From assembly GCF_964204645.1 (NCBI RefSeq), contig NC_134030.1:3018778-3082777 (forward strand): a stretch of 64,000 bases of DNA. Reading direction: 5' to 3'. The notes below the pieces were generated by a model. The model saw only the letters and a list, made by a program, of their open reading frames with translations. It searched no databases and was not told the origin of the DNA. Shown one piece after another: positions 29,988-41,023 of the stretch (positions within the stretch are counted from its first letter, which is position 1; every line of letters starts with the position of its first letter). Both the position numbers and the translations under genes were made by a program. The DNA comes from Tubulanus polymorphus (lineage: Eukaryota; Animalia; Nemertea).

Positions 29988-31721
29988 ATGTCAAATGTGA
30001 CGTCACCCAATACGACAGCGAATCATCCAATCACAACAAGCACCGCCAAGTCGTCATCAACGACCGTCATCGTTCAAATCGAAAAACAATACAGTTTATT
30101 CGGTTTAGGTAAGAGATAATAAAAAACGCGTGGGGAAGGCGAAACAACTGTCTTCATCACTAAGAATACAGCAGTGTACCTGCACCATAATATCATTTTG
30201 GTACGATGTGTTATTGAGATATGACCGCAATGTGCAATGTACTATCGAAAAAGCGTTTGCCGGGACGCCTGAACCCAGGGGCTCAAGAACGTTGAAACAC
30301 AATATTGAGGGAAATATAAAATTCCACACTAAGGATGCGACGAGTCCGAAATATTTCCTTTATCTATAATAATTTAATCAGATGTTTGAAGTATATCTGA
30401 AGATGACTAGTCTAAGTCCAAATGTCGAATAGATTATCATCTCAAGCAAATTATCATTTCTCAAATAATTATCATCTCTCAGACTGTTCGGTTTACCTTT
30501 GCTTATTCTTAGGGTAGGATTTTATAATATCTTTAAACAACATTAACAGTCTTTCAGCGTTTCTTAATGGTTGATATAGCGATGAATCCGTGAACGCGTT
30601 CTCAAATGTTTTGATACTTTCTCAGTTTGTATCAAAAATATTGCCCATTTTTGGTCCTTAAGTCCTGAAAAATTATTTATTTTCAGCACAAATTCATACA
30701 AACGTGTAATCTATACCACAAAAAACTTTATAAGGCGGACCAATTTATGATGTTATGTGTGGGCCATAGAGCTCAATATCTGCCTGCGATCACAACTTTC
30801 AATTAAGATTACGTAAGCTACTCGTGCCCATAATGCGGCAGGTACTACGAAATAAATCCCAGGACGTGGAACCCATGTAGATTTACTGCGTGTCGTTTCA
30901 CCTCGAAACACATCAATAGAACAGTGAACTCAAAACGACCCCATTGCTTAATTAGAATTATTGGAATATTCACTAAATCGAATGAATTTCTAATTATTTG
31001 TTGATTATTTCATGCAGGTGACAGGGCCAGCGAGGAACTGTTAAACGTTATATGGGTAACATCAGCGATAGTATTAGGAGTCGGAATAGTAATTATGGTA
31101 ATGATCGGAGCCACTCATTTTGTTCTTCGTCTACGGCGTCGAATGAAACACGACTATATCGCGGATAACGCGTCGCTCGACGATATCGGCGAATTCACCG
31201 AGCAAGGTTTGACTTTGCGTAGTATTAAGATTCAACAAGATTTCAGCGATTTCGACGTAGGCTCGGTATCTATGCAGCCTATCGATGATTTTCTAAACGA
31301 CAATATGGGCTACGAAACGGACGATATGGAGGACATGATAATGCCGGGCAGTCGGCGACCTTCGTCGACGTTCGGGACGAGTTTCCGCGATCGGAAAGGT
31401 TCGGATCGCAGCGGCGGAAATCGTACTAATAAACCGGGCATCAGGGGGGAATCTAAGAAGCATCGATCGACGAGCAAAAGTTCGGATCGTTTTACTTCAT
31501 CGGCTGGGAAGTTATTAATCACGGATAATCATCATTTGACCACGGATGATCGACATTATCGAAAGACGTCTGACGATGGCAGTTACAACGGTCGATATTT
31601 GAATCCGGCGCAGTCGCAAAAAGAACAAACAGTCGCGATAATCAGTTCGGACATGCGCAACGATACGATTCGACCTCAACCGAATCCGAATAAACCGACT
31701 CATAAGCCGGTCAGGTTTTGA
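29988..31721 (+). CDS. Uncharacterised single-pass membrane protein, ~274 aa, probably type III (no signal peptide)
   Basis: Exon 29988-30108 (MSNVTSPNTTANHPITTSTAKSSSTT..., S/T-rich with N-glycosylation sequons) ends G|gtaag. Exon 31018-31721 follows cag in matching phase 1 and encodes TM VIWVTSAIVLGVGIVIMVMIGATHFVL, then RLRRR and a long hydrophilic tail. An extra upstream coding exon cannot be excluded. Confidence 0.75.
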
Positions 31722-33729
31722 TATATCCAGTAATCGTTTAAACTGTTTTAGAATTTCGGGTTCAATCTAGGCTTCATCGTCCATGTTTTTTTTTCTTGAT
31801 AGAAACCTCTGCTGAGGAGAATGCATAATGATTTATCTATATAGGTGTCCATTTTCGATATCATAATTATCATACGTATAATATTTCCAGCGTCGGCAGC
31901 GACATTCCTCGTGAATTCAATATTTCTAACTTTCCACTTTAGAAGAGCATATTCAAGATCGAAGATCTCACAAACTGTAATTCTTTCAATCAACAAAACT
32001 ATGTAATATCTTATCAGTTCTCTTTCATATAGACATCTGGACCCGGTTCCACAGTCAAGGCTTAGACTCAAGACCAGTCTTGAAGATTCAAGATCACTTA
32101 AGTCTCGAATGTGGAACCTGCCCCTGGACCTGGTTCGGCAGTTTTGGGTTAAGTTTGAAATTTGAATTATTGTAAAGATTCATTTCCAATTATTGCACCC
32201 TAGAGTCAAATTCAAACTCACAACTGTTGAACTAGGTCAAAACTGTAGAATTGGGTCCAGTACGTAGGGTGTTAGCTTAGAAAAGGACACAAGATTGGAG
32301 TGAGGTGAATGAGAGAGGTTGGTTAAAGGAGAGAGGGAGAGAGAGAATTTATTCTATTACGATATGATGAACGTTTTTTAGATATTTCAATCTTCTTGTC
32401 ACCAACAGATATTATCAGTGTTTTATGCCTGCAAAATACAAAAGCACTTTTAAAAAGCTTGATAATTGATCTCAGTATTTAAGAAACATCATTTACTAAA
32501 AACATCATTTCTGCTTCTCGCTGTAGATAATAAGAAGTTTTTACAATTTCTCGAATTTGTCCATTGAATAAAGCATAATGTTAATTACCAGGCGTCGCAT
32601 GAAGTCAGACGTCAAACTTTTTAACAACACGACTTCTCCATACAATCTGCATGTTAACAAAATGTCAAATTGCGATGTAAAAAGAACAATATTGTAACCA
32701 TTTTTGGTCAAAGTATGATATCGACTACCAGCGCGCCACCTGGCGTGAAGATACTTTCAAGACTCAATATTCACTTACAACATAGTTAGACGTCATTCAT
32801 ATGAATAGCTATAATGTATCGCGAGGTAGGAGGTAATATCATAAACCGAATTCGTGGAACACATAGCAAACACTTCCTCTTCTGGTCAATGATGCAAACT
32901 TGACAAAATCCTGTGCAGTTGAACTCGCTCGATTCGTTATCTATCTCCCTTTTTGAGTTTCAATATCTATCTATATTCAAACCAATTCATTAAAGTGTGA
33001 GTGGTCATTTGGATAAGTTTTGAACCCAATAATCGTCCCAACTACACGCTATGACTTAAGGCGAGTTTAACTGAACTTAAAAGACGTCATGTCGCATTCG
33101 ATATGTTCAAATACAGTAAATAGATTATTATTGTTGGTATGAATCACAGACACAGAGATATTCAACAATCTATTGTTCTTCATTAGATATACAATTAATA
33201 GTTGTTTTATTATATATTATTCAAAAAATAAACCATTTGTTGAAGAGTTCTATAGTTTACGTGTTATGTAGATTGAATGCCATGGATTGAACGTCCCAAA
33301 TTCAGTCCAAAAATGTGTTTTGAAATGAATATTTCATACTAACAGAATGGTGTGATATTTTACAAATTCTGTTTACTTTCCCTTATTTGACAGTTGACGT
33401 TAACGTGGATTCATATTTCCATTTCGTAGTCCAACTGCTCATCTGTTCAAATTAAACTGCAAAAACAGTCGTTTTGAGTTACTCGTTTACAGCCCCTCAT
33501 CCAACTATTTTCTAACGTCAATATAGCTATTCTTATTTTATGATCAATTCAGCGATTGACATGGACATTGAAATGCAAGCAGTCTATACCCGGTACTCAA
33601 TCTAGACAATATGGACGTATATACTTACTATATGAACGTATTGGAGTGAAAAAAAATCGATCACTTCATCAAATCGATCACTTCAAGTCTATGTTTGGTC
33701 AGCTAACACTTGCGCTAGGCCTGTGGGTC

Positions 33730-33794
33730 CATATAACCAAGAGTCAGAACTGATGATCATGACTCGAATCAGTTGTTCTACCAAACACGTAAGT
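33730..33794 (+). promoter_or_regulatory. Putative TATA-like/Inr core promoter and non-coding exon 1 of peptide locus 1
   Basis: catataa at 33730, tcagtt at 33769, donor ccaaacac|gtaagt at 33788/33789; conserved at loci 2 and 3. Confidence 0.6.
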
Positions 33795-33832
33795 AAAAGA
33801 CATGTAGATATCACAACTTGGCGAGGCCATAA

Positions 33833-34709
33833 TGTTCGCTGTAGCGGGTCGGGTGAGACGAGTCACGACTGTTCGCTGTAGCGGGTCAGGTGAGACGAGT
33901 CCCGACTGCTCGCTGTAGCGGGTCGGGTGAGACGAGTCAGGACTGCTCGCTGTAGCGGGTCAGGTGAGACGAGTCCCGACTGCTCGCTGTAGCGGGTCGG
34001 GTGAGACGAGTCAGGACTGCTCGCTGTAGCGGGTCGGGTGAGACGAGTCAGGACTGCTCGCTGTAGCGGGTCGGGTGAGACGAGTCAGGACTGCTCGCTG
34101 TAGCGGGTCGTGTGAGACGAGTCAGGACTGCTCGCTGTAGCGGGTCGGGTGAGACGAGTCAGGACTGCTCGCTGTAGCGGGTCGGGTGAGACGAGTCAGG
34201 ACTGCTCGCTGTAGCGGGTCGGGTGAGACGAGTCAGGACTGCTCGCTGTAGCGGGTCAGTTGAGACGAGTCAGGACTGCTCGCTGTAGCGGGTCAGGTGA
34301 GACGAGTCAGGACTGCTCGCTGTAACGGGTCGGGTGAGACGAGTCAGGACTGCTCGCTGTCGGGTGAAACGAGTCTGGACTGCTCGCTGTAGCGGGTCAT
34401 GTGAGACGAGTCTGGACTGCTCGCTGTAGCGGGTCAAGTGAGACGAGTCAGGACTGCTCGCTGTAGCGGGTAAGGTGAGACGAGTCAGGACTGCTCGCTG
34501 TAGCGGAACGGGTGAAACGAGTCTGGACTGCTCGCTGTAGCGGGTCATGTGAGACGAGTCTGGACTGCTCGTTGTAGCGGGTCATGTGAGACGAGTCAGG
34601 ACTGCTCGCTGTAGCGGGTCAGTTGAGACGAGTCAGGGCTGCTCGCTGTAGCGGAACGGGTGAAACGAGTCTGGACTGCTCGCTGTAGCGGGTCAGGTGA
34701 GACGAGTCC
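33833..34709 (+). repeat. 37-bp minisatellite array 1 (~24 units) in intron 1 of peptide locus 1
   Basis: Unit gggtgagacgagtcaggactgctcgctgtagcgggtc, head-to-tail with no spacers. Confidence 0.97.
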
Positions 34710-34847
34710 TGTGATTGTATTTTGGGTTAAGCGTATAAAATGCCTGGATCTATTTGGGCCACTTGATGGTTCTTAATTGAATTTGTAATTTATTTCAATT
34801 TTCGTGTCATCAATATAGGAGCGATTTCTACAAGTATCTGCTGTACA

Positions 34848-35579
34848 ATGATCAGTAAGTATTCTAGATCCAGGTTCCAAGTTGTCACTTACCGTTAACA
34901 TTCGGGTCGAAACAGATCATTTTTATTGTTTCAACTCCAGTCTAAACAGTTAAATTTTAACTTAAGCTATGTCCTGGTAACATGTATATTATCTGAACGA
35001 TCGTTTTTTTTTGTGGTTGGATTTTTTTTTTTGTCGAGTTCGTCGTATCGTGGCTGGCTATTGCTTAGTGATCTGGATTCAGATCCACAGTTCTAAATTG
35101 AATATGACCTTTAAAGTTATATGATTGGAAATGAGCTGATTTAACTCGCTGAGTTAACAGTAACTCACAACTGTGGACCCGGGCCCCGATGGTATTTGCG
35201 AGAGTGCGCGGGGTCTTAATCGTATGGTTCTGATAGATTTAGAGGTGGTCATCTTGATGTTCCTCAGTTGCAGAACCTTGTTAAAAAGATGGACCCCGAC
35301 CAACCGGGAAACCGGTCAGTGAGGAGACCCTAATACTACTACCGCGGTGGTTGGCTCGAACATATGTAAAAGTCTACCTAAACTTATCAAAATTGTTTTA
35401 TTTCTACAAAATAGCGCACTGTCACTGTTCATCAATCGACTCTATACATTTCAGGAAACGTTTTGCGTCTTGCACTTTTTATTGCGTCTGTAATGGCCAT
35501 GGCGGTCGCTGAAAATAATGAAACACCTTTAGAGAGAATTGCTCGATGTGATCATAATGGAGCATGCAATTGTGGATAG
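34848..35579 (+). CDS. Secreted Cys-peptide precursor 1A, 43 aa: MIRNVLRLALFIASVMAMAVA-ENNETPLERIAR-CDHNGACNCG
   Basis: Coding micro-exon ATG ATC A|gtaagt (34848-34854) joined to ttcag|35455-35579; AATAAA at 35746; structure conserved in the paralogues. Confidence 0.85.
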
Positions 35580-36189
35580 ATGGAAGAATGAACCAATCTT
35601 CAATTACTGTCATTAAAAAAAAAACATCTCAGTGTTAGTTATTTCTAGAAGAAACGGTTGTATCAATGAATCCTCTGTAGAGATGTGATTCATAGAAACA
35701 GCCGTATTTTCATAAGAATGTACTGAATGTGATGACTGTAATTAGAATAAAGATGAATGAATAACATGATAAAAAATTGACGTATTGCGTTTATTTGTAC
35801 GAATGACACTCGTAGTGACATTTGCTACGATTCTATGGCGTGTTATGTTAAAATTGAATGTTTTAAGTTTATTTCACTCATCGTTCGTTTTTAAAGTTAT
35901 CAAATCATAGAAATACCAACATCCGTTGCCATTGTCACGCAGCTGAGAGCAGAGGCAGCAACTTATGATTATTGGACTTTCTTTTTTCGAGTTTTTCTTT
36001 GTCATTCGACCTAGAAATCATTCGAGCAATTATCGGCTGAATTTTTGGGAACCGGCGACTGAATGCACGGTGGGCCTTATTGATATATATTGACCTAGAG
36101 GTTGTCACCGGGTAGTTAAACGTTGATGTTGTTTTAGGGTATAATAAATGCCACCTATGATAGAAGTACATATATTACGTTTATTGCAG

Positions 36190-36335
36190 GTCACGTATTA
36201 GGCCATATTGTGCTTTATGGAGTTTTTGCGTTTCTCGCCATGGCTGTAGCCGAAGATGAAAATGCGAATCTGGATGTTACTTTAGAGAGAATTGCTCGAC
36301 GAACTTGTGATTCACGTGGACAATGTGGCAGTTAA
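36190..36335 (+). CDS. Terminal exon of precursor 1B (50 aa if spliced to 34848-34854): MISHVLGHIVLYGVFAFLAMAVA-EDENANLDVTLERIARR-TCDSRGQCGS
   Basis: ttgcag acceptor in the same phase as 1A, open frame to TAA at 36333-36335, own 3'UTR copy and AATAAA at 36500; no separate ATG micro-exon seen between 35760 and 36189. Confidence 0.75.
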
Positions 36336-36869
36336 TCGACGACACAATGAACTAATCTTCAATTACTGTCATTAAACAAACATCTTGTTAGTTATTTCTA
36401 GAAGAAACGGTTGAATCTATGAAATCCTCTGTAGAGATGTGATTCATAGAAACAGCCGTATTTTCATAAGAATGCACTGAATGTGATGACTGTAATTAGA
36501 ATAAAGATTAATATATAAAAATACAATTCAAAGTTTTGTGTTTATTTCACTCTGCGGCCTCAAAGTTATCAATCATGGCATTAACAACATCCGTTGCTAT
36601 TGTTACACAATATTGAGAGCAGGCAGCAATCTGTAAATATTAGACTTTGTTTTTGCGACAGCCACGACACTAGAATATATCAGAATGGAATGGCCTCCTG
36701 GTATCTTCCTACACCACCACCTAGTGGGCTTAGTTCTATCATGGACTCTAAAACGAAAGAGCCCATGGTTCTATTCAACTCGGGTTCAAATATACAAACA
36801 CAAGACGTTGAGTTGTATGTTTAAATATTCATCTTTATTCTCATTACGGTCACTATGTCCACTTAGAAT

Positions 36870-37042
36870 TCTAAATCATTGTTTAAAATACGGCTGTTTT
36901 TGTATGAATCCATATATTACATCATCTCTACTGAGGATGTCATTAATACAACCGTTCCTTCTAGAAATAACTACAAGACGTTTATTAGATGACAGTACGT
37001 TCGTTCCATCTATCCACATTTGCAGTCTTTTCCATTTTTTCC
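36870..37042 (-). pseudogene. Truncated relic of a type-A terminal exon (...NGKDCKCG* plus diverged 3'UTR)
   Basis: Minus strand reads aatggaaaagactgcaaatgtggatagatggaa followed by recognisable family 3'UTR; the signal/pro region is missing. Confidence 0.65.
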
Positions 37043-38071
37043 TTTTATTTTATTTTAGAAAGAAAATTAGTATATCTAAATGTGCTTAGAAGGTAACTAG
37101 ATATGTGGGCTGAGTTCCTTTCAATGTAAAGATCCTTTGGTCCGATGTGAATTTTTCAGACAGCCCAAAAATAGTCTTGAATACATTTAAACATTTTACA
37201 TTTTGTGGTGTGTGATATTTCACAAAATTTTGACATCTGGCTATAAGTGGATCATATTTCGAATTTGCAGTACGACTGAACAAACTAACCCTACAATACG
37301 TCGTTTCACGCTTCTCCGTGCGTTAAATATTCACATCATCCATCAAAACTATTAAGCTTTCCTACTGCTAAAAGTTCATATGCATTTTCGCTATATACCG
37401 ACAATAACTAGAAGCATTCCGAATAGATCATTCCAGTGAATAAGGGAAGGCCTTTTGTGATCTTTCTCGACACAAGGAAAGAAAATTATCCTCAATTCAA
37501 CTTGCCTCCATCGAATGGAAAGAAAACTCATTTTGTAACGTAGTGGTTAAAACGCCTACTTTAGATTTCGTGTCTGTGACGTCGTAAGATTGTTGTTGGA
37601 GATTGTGCGTACAACAGAAGATAATCTATAGTCGTTTACTAATTTCAAAGATTTTTCACGTAACCATCGTGTTTGACCGTCAATATATAATATAAGGTGG
37701 CATCGTCGCGAGATAGAAGTACATTGGTGGCTATAGTAATCCCCTCAATAAGGAATCACTAACGGACAATAGACAATAGACTGTGTTGCGGGAGGGGGCT
37801 AGTGACGTGATTTGAAGTAAGAAAATTAAATGTCATTCCAGGTTTCGTTCGTACAAACAAACACACAATACATTGATTTATATGTTTTATCTATTCATCT
37901 TTATTCTAATTACAGTCATCACATTCAGTGCATTCTTATAAAAATACGGCTGTTTCTATGAATCACATCTCTACAGAGGATTTCATAGATACAACCGTTT
38001 CTTCTAGAAATAACTAACACTGAGATGTTTTTTAATGACAGTAATTGAAGATTAGTTCATTGTGTCGTCGA

Positions 38072-38957
38072 TTAACTGCCACATTGTCCATTTGAATCAC
38101 AAACTCGTCGAGCAATTCTTTCCAAAGAAATATCCAGATTTTCATTTTCATCTTCATCGGCTACAGCCATGGCGACTGATGCAAAAATACCACACAGCGC
38201 AAGTCCTAATATGTGTCCTGAAATACACATAATATATGTACAGTCGAAGCCCGTTATAATCACACTATTTTAGACCAATGGTAAACATTGGCAGCTTTAT
38301 AAAGAACGGTATTTTCCATGAATTAAGGTTAGATTGAGCGAATTTGTTCCCTGAAAAGAATATTTGCGTTTAGTGAGCAATGGCAACTATTTACGTTTGA
38401 TACTTGCAGTGACAATGATCAATATCAGTAAGGCCCAGTGCGCACTCAGTCACCGGTGCACAAAAACTCCACGACCGATTTGGCCACGTATGATGGCGTT
38501 GGCTGATATCAAACTTGTTGAATGATAGTAGGGAATTATATCAAGACAGCAGACTTTATACGAACCCCAACCTTTTCAAACATATTTTATTAATAAAAAC
38601 CAAAAATAGAGCCGAACTTCGTAAATTGTGTATTTTTATTGGTAAAATTATGAGATTTTTCACTTTTCCTTAAAAATCAGACTCAAATTGTCTTTGTATT
38701 AAGACCACGAGTTTGTCAAATAAGTTAAAGTAAAGTAAAGTAAAGAATATTTTTGTCGGCCCGACACTATCGAACAGCAAAGCAAATACATCGGTCATCG
38801 TAATGGCTGCTGGGTATCCGACAAATACCCGCGCGAGGAGCGTTAGCGCTCGAGGATTTAACCAAACGTGTCATAACCTATAGCAAGCGAATGATCGAGA
38901 AAAAAATCATTCAGACCTATACATGTTTGAATACAAACTAAAATACTTACTAATCAT
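38072..38957 (-). CDS. Secreted Cys-peptide precursor 2, 50 aa: MIRHILGLALCGIFASVAMAVA-DEDENENLDISLERIARR-VCDSNGQCGS
   Basis: Micro-exon ATG ATT A|gtaagt (38957-38951) joined to ttcag|38217-38072; AATAAA at 37905-37900; overlaps ORF-track 38072..38263. Confidence 0.87.
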
Positions 38958-39130
38958 TGTTCAGCAGATTATGAAGTTGAAATCAACCTACAAATATATA
39001 AAAACGACATGAATATTATCAAATTTGCAAACATCCGGGCACTTTTTCACAAAACAAAATATTCTGTGAACGTTATGAAGCTTAAATAGCTTCCTCAACG
39101 AGATAATGCAAAGCACCAGTTGAGCAGTAC

Positions 39131-39778
39131 TGACTCATGTCACCTGACCCGCTACAGCGAGCAGTCCTGACTCGTCTCACCTGACCCGCTACAGCGAGCA
39201 GTCCTGATTCGTCTCACCCGACCCGCTACAGCGAGCAGTCCTGACTCGTCTCAACTGACCCGCTACAGGGAGCAGTCCTGACTCGTCTCACCTGACCCGC
39301 TACAGCGAGCAGTCCTGACTCGTCTCACCCGACCCGCTACAGCGAGCAGTCCTGACTCGTCTCACCTGACCCGCTACAGCGAGCAGTCCTGACTCGTCTC
39401 ACCCGACCCGTTACAGCAAGCAGTCCTGACTCGTCTCACCTGACCCGCTACAGCGAGCAGTCCAGACACGTCTCACCTGACCCGCTACAGCGAGCAGTCC
39501 TGACTCGTCTCAACTGACCCGCTTCAGCGAGCAGTCCTGACTCGTCTCAACTGACCCGCTTCAGCGAGCAGTCCTGACTCGTCTCACCCGACCCGTTACA
39601 GCGAGCAGTCCTGACTCGTCTCACCTGACCCGCTACAGCGAGCAGTCCTGACTCGTCTCAACTGACCCGCTACAGCGAGCAGTCCTGACTCGTCTCACCC
39701 GACCCGCTACAGCGAGTAGTCCTGACTCGTCTCACCCGACCCGCTACAGCGAGCAGTCCTGACTTGCTATAGCGAACA
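39131..39778 (-). repeat. 37-bp minisatellite array 2 (~17 units, inverted) in intron 1 of peptide locus 2
   Basis: Reverse complement of the array 1 unit (gacccgctacagcgagcagtcctgactcgtctcacc). Confidence 0.97.
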
Positions 39779-39814
39779 TTAAGGCCTCGCGAAGTTGATA
39801 TCTACGTGTCATTT

Positions 39815-39890
39815 ACTTACGTGTTTGGTAGAACTAACTGATTCCAGAAGTGATGATGATGATGATCAGTTCTTGCTCTTGTTTATGTGA
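39815..39890 (-). promoter_or_regulatory. Putative core promoter and non-coding exon 1 of peptide locus 2
   Basis: Minus strand cataaacaagagcaagaactgatcatc...aatcagttagttctaccaaacac|gtaagt, homologous to 33730-33794. Confidence 0.6.
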
Positions 39891-41023
39891 TATCACGGGC
39901 CCAGTGACAGCGTTGCCTGAACAAACAATGTGTTAGTTGATTGTAGAAGAGATCAATATTTCGATGGGATCTCATCGCATATGTATATGATGATATGACG
40001 TGGCAAATTTTCAAACATGTAAAAACATTTTTTTCATGACGGTTAACTACGTGTGACTTTGATAACCAAAACATACGAAAATGTATTACTGGTGTTTTAT
40101 TCTTTCGATCTTTCAAAGTTCTATTGTGTCTTACATCAACCACCATATACCAGCTACCCAACCAGATGGTGAGAAATATTTCATTTCACTCATCTCTCTT
40201 TGCTCCAGAATGAGAGAAATGTAGAAGAAATTGAACGCGGGAACCTAGCGAACCTAGCGGCTCCTCTCTCGAATCCTCAATTGCCTCAGTAGCGTTGAAG
40301 GTCCAATTTACCTGGTATAGGGAAACTCGATTCAATAGCACCGCCCCACCGAATTTGGTTTAAGAATACGTACAAGAAAAATGAGCTTTAAGAAGGAGGA
40401 CATCTGCGAGTAGAAAATTAGCATAATTGTTATAAATTCTTTCTTGGTGTCGTGAAAATAACTGTAATTTTTTGAAATGGCAATTCGGGTCACATTGGAT
40501 TAGTTAATCTACGCATTATGAATGATTCGATTTTATCATAAATGTCAATCGCCGAATTGACAGGGAATGCTGAATAATCTAGCTAGATTTACGTTGGAAA
40601 TAGTGGGATGAGGGAGCTTCAAACGAGTAACTCGAAACGATTGTTTTAGTAGTTTAATTTGAACAGTCGTGCAGTTGGACTGCGGAATGGAAATATGAAT
40701 CCATTAAATCTATAAACATGAAGTAAATGAAAATATGCAGAATATCTAAAATATCACACTAATGTCCAACTGCTCAAATGAAACTGCAAAAACACTCGTT
40801 TGGAGCTCCCACACCCAACTATTTTCTAACGTCAATATAGCTATTTTCTACTTGTCAGCGATTTACATTCAAAATAAAATAGAAGCATTCAGCAATATTT
40901 CTAATATCCAAAACCCCCTGTATACTTGTATTACAGACATGTGCTTTTGCGAAGTGACTCACCCGATATTATTGGTTAGCATACGAAATCATTTACATGA
41001 CAGCTAAGTTTGTAAATCCCTTG

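Noticed and set aside
34270-34548. 92-aa repetitive ORF
   Set aside because: It is only the translation of the minisatellite; the 37-bp period is not a multiple of 3
33833-34709. CRISPR array suggested by the 37-bp partly palindromic repeats
   Set aside because: Units are contiguous with no unique spacers, there are no cas genes, and the context is a eukaryotic intron
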